Shown: positions 41,402-48,120 of the stretch, piece after piece
Position numbering within the stretch: the first letter of the stretch is position 1
Layout: the number at the start of each line of letters is the position of its first letter
Assembly (NCBI GenBank): GCA_047972145.1
Contig: JBKEAI010000084.1
Coordinates: 177 to 64,176, forward strand
Length of the DNA stretch: 64,000 bases
From: Microthrixaceae bacterium
GTDB taxonomy: Bacteria > Actinomycetota > Acidimicrobiia > Acidimicrobiales > Microtrichaceae
Reading direction: 5' to 3'
Made by a program: the position numbers and the translations under genes
The notes under the pieces: generated by a model
The model's input: only the letters and a program-made list of their open reading frames with translations
What the model was told of the DNA's origin: nothing
Databases searched by the model: none

Positions 41402-42268
41402 ATGGAGGACGTGGTGGAGGACGCGGATACACCTGGGCTCGGTGAGGGCACTCGGATCGAATCCGCGGCCGACCCCCGGGTTGCTGAGTTCCGCCACCTC
41501 AAGCGTGGGGATCTCCGCCCTGGCACGCCCGCAAACCCTCCGACGGTGATCATCGAGGGACACCTTGCCCTCTTGCGTGCGCTCACGGGCCCCCTGGAGA
41601 TCCGCTCCGTGCTCGTCACACCCGCCCGAGCGAGATCCCTATCGGATCTGCTGGGTACCCTGCCCGAGGACGTGGCCCTGTACGTTGCGGAGAGGCCGGT
41701 GCTCGAAGCACTCACAGGCTTCGACGTGCATCGAGGAGTCCTCGCGAGCGCTGCACGGCCCGCGCCGGTGCGGGCCGCGGATCTGCTCGAGGGTGCCCGA
41801 CGCGTCGTCGGGCTCGAAGGACTCACAGACCTCGAGAACGTGGGTGCTGCGTTCAGGAATGCGGCTGCCCTCGGTCTGGATGCCGTGCTGATCGACGGGC
41901 GCTGCGCTGACCCGCTCAGCAGACGCTGTGTGAGGGTCTCACTCGGATGGTCGACGGTGGTCCCCCACGCACGCCTCGCCCCTGGAGAGGCTCTCCTTCC
42001 CACCCTGGCCTCGGTCGGGCTGCGGGCCGTGGCGTTGTCACCCCAACAGGGATCAGTGCCCATCGACGTCGCTGTCGCGAACGGCGTACTCGATGACCCC
42101 GTCGCTCTGCTGGTCGGCTCCGAAGGTCCCGGCCTCGAGCCGGGCACGATCGAAGGGGCCGATCACACGGTGTGCATACCGATGGCCAACGAGGTCGACT
42201 CTCTCAACGCCGCCACGGCCCTGGCCGTCGTCAGCGCGTTCGCAGCCTCCCGCCGGGGTTGGAGCTGA
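41402..42268 (+). CDS. TrmH/SpoU-family RNA 2'-O-methyltransferase
   Basis: GLEGLTDLENVGAAFRNAAALGLDAV, LLVGSEGPGL and IPMANEVDSLNAATALAV SpoU motifs. ATG at 41402. Confidence 0.85.
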   Translation: MEDVVEDADTPGLGEGTRIESAADPRVAEFRHLKRGDLRPGTPANPPTVIIEGHLALLRALTGPLEIRSVLVTPARARSLSDLLGTLPEDVALYVAERPVLEALTGFDVHRGVLASAARPAPVRAADLLEGARRVVGLEGLTDLENVGAAFRNAAALGLDAVLIDGRCADPLSRRCVRVSLGWSTVVPHARLAPGEALLPTLASVGLRAVALSPQQGSVPIDVAVANGVLDDPVALLVGSEGPGLEPGTIEGADHTVCIPMANEVDSLNAATALAVVSAFAASRRGWS

Positions 42269-42347
42269 ACCGATCCCGGCAACGGCTGACAAGCCACCGG
42301 GAACCTCGATCCCCAGCCGCCGACGGCACAACTCACGCGGTGAACCT

Positions 42348-42423
42348 GGGTCGCTGGCGCGGGGTTGGGTCGGTGGCGCGGGGTTGGGTCGGTGGCGCGG
42401 GGTTGGGTCGCTGGGGTGGGGTT
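42348..42423. repeat. 19-nt tandem repeat array A (4 units plus a degenerate fifth)
   Basis: gggtcgctggcgcggggtt / gggtcggtggcgcggggtt x2 / gggtcgctggggtggggtt. Confidence 0.95.
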
Positions 42424-42471
42424 GGTCTGGATGTGGAGCGTGCTCGATCGGGCACGGCCAGCAGGCCTGGT

Positions 42472-42509
42472 TGACTCATGTTGTTGGAGTGAGTCGGTGG
42501 GTGTCGTAT
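42472..42509. repeat. Right arm of the 38-nt inverted repeat
   Basis: tgactcatgttgttggagtgagtcggtgggtgtcgtat. See 41153..41190. Confidence 0.93.
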
Positions 42510-42538
42510 TGCGCGTGGGCGACTCTCTCGCCGAAGTT

Positions 42539-42628
42539 GAGTCGCTGGCGCGGGGTTGGGTCGGTGGCGCGGGGTTGAGTCGGTGGCGCGGGGTTGGGTC
42601 GGTGGCGCGAGGTTGAGTCGGTGGCGCG
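42539..42628. repeat. 19-nt tandem repeat array B (5 units)
   Basis: gagtcgctggcgcggggtt / gggtcggtggcgcggggtt / gagtcggtggcgcggggtt / gggtcggtggcgcgaggtt / gagtcggtggcgcg. Ends 45 nt upstream of the hisG start. Confidence 0.95.
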
Positions 42629-42673
42629 AAACGGGTTCTGCTGGTTTGTGGGGGCTCCGTTACCCTCGATGGA

Positions 42674-43549
42674 GTGTTGAAGCTCGTACTCCCCAAGGGC
42701 TCGCTCGAGAAGGCCACGATGGCGTTGTTCGAGTCGGCCGACCTCCAGGTCAACCGCTCCTCAGCGGTCAACTACTCCGCCAGCATCGACGATCCACGGA
42801 TCGACAGCGTGCGCATCCTGCGGCCCCAGGAGATCCCCACCTATGTCGCCGACGGACTTTTCGACCTCGGCATCACCGGCCGTGACTGGGTGGAGGAGAC
42901 GGGCTCCGATGTGGTGAGCCTCGGCGAGTTGCGGTACTCGAAAGCGACATCCAAGCCGATACGGGTGGTCCTTGCGGTACCCCAGGACTCTCCCTGGAAG
43001 GCGGCCGAGGATCTACCCGAGGGTGTTCGCGTCTCCACCGAGTACATGGAGCTCACGCGGCGCTACTTCGACGCCCGCGGCGTCAAGGCCGACCTGCGCT
43101 TGTCCTACGGTGCCACCGAGGCCAAGGTGCCCGACATCGTCGACTGCGTGGTCGACATCACCGAGACCGGTAGCGCCCTGCGCGCTGCCGGCTTGCGGAT
43201 CCTCGACGAGATACTCGTCAGCTACACCGAGCTCGTCGCCAACCGCGACGCCTATGAGGACCCCACCAAGCGCCACGCCATGGAACAGGTGCTGACACTC
43301 CTGAGCGGGGTCCTCGAAGCGCGGGGCAAGGTCCTGGTGAAGCTCAACGTGGCAACCGACCAGCTCGATGCCGTCATCGGGGTGCTGCCGGCGATGAAGA
43401 CTCCGACGGTCAACGAGCTCTACGGAGGAGCGGGCTACGCGGTGGAGACCGTGGTGCCCAAGAACGAGATCAACATCCTGATCCCGGCACTCTCAGATGC
43501 AGGTGCGACCGACATCATCGAGCTGCCGCTGTCCAAGATCGTCCACTGA
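42674..43549 (+). CDS. hisG: ATP phosphoribosyltransferase (long form)
   Basis: LKLVLPKGSL, DLGITGRD, IVDITETGSAL and the C-terminal regulatory domain. GTG start. Confidence 0.95.
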   Translation: MLKLVLPKGSLEKATMALFESADLQVNRSSAVNYSASIDDPRIDSVRILRPQEIPTYVADGLFDLGITGRDWVEETGSDVVSLGELRYSKATSKPIRVVLAVPQDSPWKAAEDLPEGVRVSTEYMELTRRYFDARGVKADLRLSYGATEAKVPDIVDCVVDITETGSALRAAGLRILDEILVSYTELVANRDAYEDPTKRHAMEQVLTLLSGVLEARGKVLVKLNVATDQLDAVIGVLPAMKTPTVNELYGGAGYAVETVVPKNEINILIPALSDAGATDIIELPLSKIVH

Positions 43550-43593
43550 GACAAGATCGTCCACCCAGAACCGCCCACTGCCCTGGAGCACAC

Positions 43594-43839
43594 ATGTCGG
43601 TCCAGCCCCCGAACGCGGTACAGCCAACGAGCACCCACAGTGGGGCGGTGAGCGGGTTCGACGAGCCGGTCGGCCTGGGAGTCCTCACCGAGGACGATGG
43701 GACCGAGTGGCCGTTCCACTGCACTGCGATCGCCGATGGCAGCCGGGACATAGCGGTCGGTACCGAGGTCACATTCCGGACTCGGGCCGGTCGGGCCGGA
43801 CGCTTCGAAGCGGTCGACCTGGTTCCACGGACCGGCTGA
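43594..43839 (+). CDS. Cold-shock-domain-like small protein (degenerate RNP motifs)
   Basis: GAVSGFDEPVGLGVLTEDDGTEWPFHCTAI...GTEVTFRT...GRFEAVDL follows the CSD beta-barrel spacing, but the KGFGFI and VFVHF aromatics are replaced. Confidence 0.55.
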   Translation: MSVQPPNAVQPTSTHSGAVSGFDEPVGLGVLTEDDGTEWPFHCTAIADGSRDIAVGTEVTFRTRAGRAGRFEAVDLVPRTG

Positions 43840-43850
43840 AGGTCAGCGGG

Positions 43851-44378
43851 TCAGGTTCCGGTCGATGTCGCTTTGGCGTCCTTGACCTGCACGAAGAGCA
43901 TCTGGAGCTGGCCCAACGCCTCGGTGAGCGGTTGCTGGGCATCGCCGAGGCGGTCTCCGAGCCCGTCCAGGACCGCTCTGAACGCCTCGATGACCGTCGA
44001 AGCGTCGGAGAACGACGGTGGGTCACCCTCGAGGTAGATCGTGGCCAGGTCGAACAGGCGCATCAGGTGGTTGGCGAGCATCTCCGATGCCGGGGTGGCA
44101 GCCACCTCGCGCCGTACCCGCATCATCTCGGTGAGCTCGTTGCGGAGCTGCTCGCGCTCGGCTTCGTCCATCGACTCGAGGTCGACCCCGATCGCCTGCG
44201 CCGCAGCCCTGAGAGCGTCGCCTGAGATGTCACCCGATCCGTCCCCGGAGAGGGCGCCCTCGGTTCGGGATGCGCCCGGTTCACCGTCCCCAGCCCCCGC
44301 TGGGGGTGTGTCCTGTGATGGGGTCTGTGATGCGGGCGGTACCTTGTGTTCGCCGTCGGGTGTCCAGAGCGAGCTCAT
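43851..44378 (-). CDS. DUF1844-like protein
   Basis: The C-terminal half ...MLANHLMRLFDLATIYLEGDPPSFSDASTVIEAFRAVLDGLGDRL resembles DUF1844, which sits next to infC in other actinobacteria (from memory). Confidence 0.65.
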   Translation of the reverse strand: MSSLWTPDGEHKVPPASQTPSQDTPPAGAGDGEPGASRTEGALSGDGSGDISGDALRAAAQAIGVDLESMDEAEREQLRNELTEMMRVRREVAATPASEMLANHLMRLFDLATIYLEGDPPSFSDASTVIEAFRAVLDGLGDRLGDAQQPLTEALGQLQMLFVQVKDAKATSTGT

Positions 44379-44403
44379 GGGAGGTCCTTGCTGTGGTCGG
44401 GTA

Positions 44404-44455
44404 TGTGTTCGGAGGGGCGGTCGGGTCGGGTGTGTGTTCGGAGGGGCGGTCGGGT
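44404..44455. repeat. Perfect 23-nt direct repeat (period 29) just upstream of the DUF1844 gene start
   Basis: tgtgttcggaggggcggtcgggt at 44404..44426 and again at 44433..44455. Confidence 0.95.
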
Positions 44456-44688
44456 TGTGACGGGGACGTCCTGGTGATTTCTCGGGGCGGAGTTGCCCGG
44501 GTCCCCCGGGTGGCCCGTCGGTGGTTGCCGGTGGACGTGCACCGACTGGTACGGTAGTGGCTACAACTGATCAAGCGGGCTCCCGCCCCTCCCGGCCACA
44601 GGTACCGAACGTTCGAGTGACGTCCCGGCGCCCGGTGCGTCGGCGAACCAGAGAACGACCCGGGTGGGCGCAGAGCCCAACCGGGTTT

Positions 44689-44726
44689 CGGCGGGTGCCA
44701 GGTGCACCCGCCCGTTGCGTTTTCGG
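44689..44726 (+). terminator. Terminator-like hairpin within the infC 5' leader (candidate attenuator)
   Basis: Perfect 9-bp GC-rich stem ggcgggtgc / gcacccgcc with a 5-nt loop (caggt), followed by cgttgcgttttc on the plus strand only. It ends about 100 nt upstream of the infC start. Confidence 0.4.
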
Positions 44727-44829
44727 GTCGTGGAGCGGGCCCGACGGTCAGCAACCAAGACAACCCACGGACATCGGGTCCGGGAAAGGAAGCGCTGGTG
44801 AGCACACTGGCAACGAGGAGTGATCGGTC

Positions 44830-45411
44830 ATAGCTGCCCGAGCCGACGAGACCAGGATCAACGACCGGATAAGGGCCAGGGAGGTCCGACTCATCGCCGA
44901 AGACGGTGAGCAGTTGGGAATCCGGGCACTGCCCGAAGCGCTCTCGATGGCGAGGGCCGCAGATCTCGACCTGGTCGAAGTGGCCGCAGGGGCCAACCCC
45001 CCGGTGGCAAAGATCATGGACTTCGCCAAGTTCCGCTACGAGGAACAGCAACGGGCGAAGGAGTCACGCAAGAAGGCGACCAACATCACGGTCAAGGAGA
45101 TGAAGTACCGCCCGAAGATCTCCGGCGGCGACTTCGACACCAAGACCCGCAAGGTGGCGCAGTTCCTCGACGAGGGCCACAAGGTCAAGGTCACGATCAT
45201 GTTCAGGGGACGCGAGATGCAGCATCCCGAGCTCGGTCGCCGGATCCTGGACCGGGTTGCCGAAGACGTCGCACATCTCGGCAAGGTCGAGGTGGTCCCC
45301 AAGCAGGACGGCCGCAACATGATCATGGTCCTCGGACCCGACAAGAAGGCCCAAGCCGAGCACCGCAAGGCCGTGGAGGCCGAGCAAACCGGCGATGCCG
45401 CTGCCAACTAG
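44830..45411 (+). CDS. infC: Translation initiation factor IF-3 (non-canonical ATA start inferred)
   Basis: The in-frame region upstream of the track's TTG (44914) encodes the conserved IF-3 N-terminus ([23 protein letters not shown]). The only initiator-like codon after the in-frame TGA at 44821 is ATA at 44830, 9 nt after GAGGAG. Confidence 0.85.
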   Translation: MAARADETRINDRIRAREVRLIAEDGEQLGIRALPEALSMARAADLDLVEVAAGANPPVAKIMDFAKFRYEEQQRAKESRKKATNITVKEMKYRPKISGGDFDTKTRKVAQFLDEGHKVKVTIMFRGREMQHPELGRRILDRVAEDVAHLGKVEVVPKQDGRNMIMVLGPDKKAQAEHRKAVEAEQTGDAAAN

Positions 45412-45428
45412 CACGAACAGGTGAACAG

Positions 45429-45623
45429 ATGCCGAAGATGAAGACGCACTCCGGTGCCAAGAAGCGTTACAAGGTGACCGGTAGCGGCAAGATCCTGCGC
45501 CGCAACGGCAACCGCAATCACATCCTCGAAAAGAAGTCCTCCAAGCGCAAGCGTCGCCTTGCCGGCACCAACGAGATCACCGGTGGCCAGCGTGAGACCG
45601 CGCGCCGCCAACTCGGAATCTGA
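45429..45623 (+). CDS. rpmI: 50S ribosomal protein L35
   Basis: [21 protein letters not shown]... Confidence 0.97.
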   Translation: MPKMKTHSGAKKRYKVTGSGKILRRNGNRNHILEKKSSKRKRRLAGTNEITGGQRETARRQLGI

Positions 45624-45714
45624 CCCCACACCACACTCCCGCATCGGTGCCCTCGCCCAAGGGCACGTTTCCTACTGGGCCACCGAGTGCACGAGACACG
45701 AAAGGACTGAACAG

Positions 45715-46089
45715 ATGGCACGCGTAAAGCGCAGCGTCCACGCCCGAAAGAAGCGCAAGGAAGTTCTCAACAAGGCGTCTGGCTACTACGGAAACCGCTC
45801 CAGGAGCTTCCGCTCCGCAAACGAGGCGGTCATGCACGCGGGCAACTACGCCTTCAGGGACCGCCGGGCCCGCAAGGGCGAGATGCGCAAGCTCTGGATC
45901 CAGCGGATCAATGCTGCCGCGCGCAGCCACGGGATGAGCTACAGCCGCTTCATCAACGGGCTCAAGGCGGCCGAGGTGGACATCGACCGAAAGATGCTGG
46001 CGGACATCGCCGTGCACGACGACGCGACGTTCGCAAAGCTCGTCGACATCGCCCGGGACGCCGTGGCCTCGGAGAAGGCGGCGAGCTGA
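45715..46089 (+). CDS. rplT: 50S ribosomal protein L20
   Basis: [26 protein letters not shown]... Confidence 0.97.
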   Translation: MARVKRSVHARKKRKEVLNKASGYYGNRSRSFRSANEAVMHAGNYAFRDRRARKGEMRKLWIQRINAAARSHGMSYSRFINGLKAAEVDIDRKMLADIAVHDDATFAKLVDIARDAVASEKAAS

Positions 46090-46193
46090 GCGAACCCCTC
46101 CGCCCTTCGGCACCGGCCCTCAAGACACTGCGGCGCCTCGCGAGGCGCCGCAGTGCGCGTTCGGAGGCATCCCGGTACCTGCTCGACGGCCCG

Positions 46194-46901
46194 GTGCTGC
46201 TCGGCGAAGCGATCGACTGCTCCGCTCCTATCGACACGGTCTACTTCGAAACCGACGCGGATCGGGCCCTCAGGCAGCGCGTGGCCACCGCGGGGATCCA
46301 GTCGGTGGAGGTGGCACCGGGTGCTTTGGCGAAGGTGCTCGATCTCGCCCACCCCCAATCGTTCGTGTCGGTGCTGCGCAAGCGGGAGGTGCCCTCTGCG
46401 GAGATCGTCGCCTCGTGTGCGCAGCGTCGGCGGCCCGTGCTGGCACTGGTAGGCATCCAGGATCCCGGCAACGCCGGGACGCTCATCCGCGTGGCCGAGG
46501 CCACCGGATGTGCCGGCGTGCTGTTCACCGAGGGCTCAGTGGATGCCTGGAACCCCAAGACAGTGCGCGCGAGCGCCGGTTCGGTTCTGCGGGTGCCGAT
46601 CTGCACTGCGGTTCCCCTGGGCCTGATGGCGGGGCACCCGAAGCTCGCCCGGGCCAACGATCCGGAGCTGGTGGCGACCGTCGCCTCGGGAGGGGTCGCC
46701 CCCGAGGACGCCGATCTCAGCGGAGCGAAGGTGATCCTGATCGGCTCGGAAGCACATGGCCTTCCCCGAGAGCTGCGAACCGTCGCGGCCATCACGGTCA
46801 GCGTGCCGATGGAAGGCTCGGTGGAGTCGCTCAACGCAGCGGTGGCGGGTTCGCTGCTCGCGTTCGAAGCGGCGCGCCAACGACGGCACCCGCTGCGATG
46901 A
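46194..46901 (+). CDS. TrmH/SpoU-family rRNA methyltransferase (true N-terminus probably extends upstream to about 46086)
   Basis: SpoU motifs GIQDPGNAGTLIRVAEATG, ILIGSEAHGL and VPMEGSVESLNAAVAGSL. The in-frame upstream codons encode a family-typical LKTLRRLARRRSARSEASRYLLDGP segment but contain no ATG, GTG or TTG. Confidence 0.85.
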   Translation: MLLGEAIDCSAPIDTVYFETDADRALRQRVATAGIQSVEVAPGALAKVLDLAHPQSFVSVLRKREVPSAEIVASCAQRRRPVLALVGIQDPGNAGTLIRVAEATGCAGVLFTEGSVDAWNPKTVRASAGSVLRVPICTAVPLGLMAGHPKLARANDPELVATVASGGVAPEDADLSGAKVILIGSEAHGLPRELRTVAAITVSVPMEGSVESLNAAVAGSLLAFEAARQRRHPLR

Positions 46902-47082
46902 ACGTCCCTGCATCCATGAGGGGTAGGGGGGCACCGGGGTGTGCCGCAACAGGGCGCTGCGGGCCGGGAGGGCCTGCCCCGTTACCGGTTGGTCGATCCG
47001 GTGTCACCGTGGGCCATGATGTTGGTCCGATGCAAGCGACTCCGAAGCCCCCCGGTCCGTGTCTGCCACGTTGGTGGTGTCG

Positions 47083-48120
47083 ATGAGCGACGCTGTACGG
47101 GAGGCGGCCGAGCTCGGCGAGGTCGGTGTCCAAAGGGTGCGCGCGGCCGCCACACTCGACGAGCTCGCGGCTATCGACACCGAGCTTCTCGGCAAGAAGG
47201 GGCGGCTCGGGCAGTTGAAGGCGTCACTGCGCGACGCCGAGCCGGCCCAGCGAAAGCAGATCGGCCAGGCGCTCAACGAGGCCCGCTCCGCGCTCGAGGC
47301 CGCCATCGACGAACGCAGGGAGTCGCTGTCCACCCAAGCGCGCCGTGAGGTACTCCTGGCTGAGGCGCAGGACCTGACCGAGGCGTTGGGCAGGGCCCGG
47401 GTTGGGCACGTGCATCCGATCACCCAGACCTGGGAGCAGCTCGAGGACGTGTTCGTCGGGATGGGCTTCAGCGTCGAGGACGGCCCCGAGATCGAGACCG
47501 ACTGGTTCAACTTCGAGGCGCTGAACCTTCCTGTGCAACACCCGGCGAGGTCGTTGTGGGACACCCTGTACGTGGACACATCGGGGATCGACGGGTTGGG
47601 TGACGACGAGGTCGTCCTTCGTACCCACACCAGTCCGGTGCAGATCCGCGCCATGCTGCGGGCCGTGCGCGACAGCACCGGTCCACCGATCTACGTGGTG
47701 TGTCCGGGGCGCGTCTACCGCCGCGACACAGCGGATTCCACACACCTGCCGGTGTTCCACCAGATCGAGGGTCTGGTCGTCGACCGAGGGATCTCGATGG
47801 GTGACCTCGCGGGCACGATCGAGGAGTTCACCAGGGCCTACTTCGGTGAGGCCATGACCAGCCGGCTGCGGCCGTCGTACTTCCCGTTCACCGAACCGTC
47901 CGCCGAGGTGGACATATCCCAGGTGGACGGATCATGGCTGGAGATGGGCGGCTGCGGGATGGTGCACCCCAACGTGTTGCGCCACTGCGGCCTCGACCCC
48001 GAGGAGTGGACCGGCTTCGCGTTCGGGTTCGGGATCGACCGCCTCGCCAAGATCCGTCACGATGTGGCGGACCTGCGCGACTTCGTCACCAACGACATAC
48101 GATTCCTGGAGCAGTTCTGA
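47083..48120 (+). CDS. pheS: Phenylalanine--tRNA ligase alpha subunit
   Basis: LRTHTSPVQIR, GRVYRRD and FTEPSAEVD class II motifs. ATG 47083. Confidence 0.96.
   Translation: MSDAVREAAELGEVGVQRVRAAATLDELAAIDTELLGKKGRLGQLKASLRDAEPAQRKQIGQALNEARSALEAAIDERRESLSTQARREVLLAEAQDLTEALGRARVGHVHPITQTWEQLEDVFVGMGFSVEDGPEIETDWFNFEALNLPVQHPARSLWDTLYVDTSGIDGLGDDEVVLRTHTSPVQIRAMLRAVRDSTGPPIYVVCPGRVYRRDTADSTHLPVFHQIEGLVVDRGISMGDLAGTIEEFTRAYFGEAMTSRLRPSYFPFTEPSAEVDISQVDGSWLEMGGCGMVHPNVLRHCGLDPEEWTGFAFGFGIDRLAKIRHDVADLRDFVTNDIRFLEQF

Noticed and set aside
42348-42628. CRISPR array hypothesis for the tandem repeats
   Set aside because: The units are directly abutting, with no unique spacers. The unit is only 19 nt, and there are no cas genes in the window.
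42093-42885. ORFs translating the repeat arrays (WRGVGSVARGWVGGAGLGRW... etc.)
   Set aside because: The repeat period is 19 nt, so the reading frame rotates every unit. These are artefacts of G-rich repeats and not repeat proteins.
46902-47082. T-box or leader-peptide attenuator upstream of pheS (and likewise upstream of tyrS, 62977..63139)
   Set aside because: There is no Phe-codon-rich mini-ORF, no convincing T-box sequence (only gttggtggtgtcg near the start codon), and no terminator hairpin.
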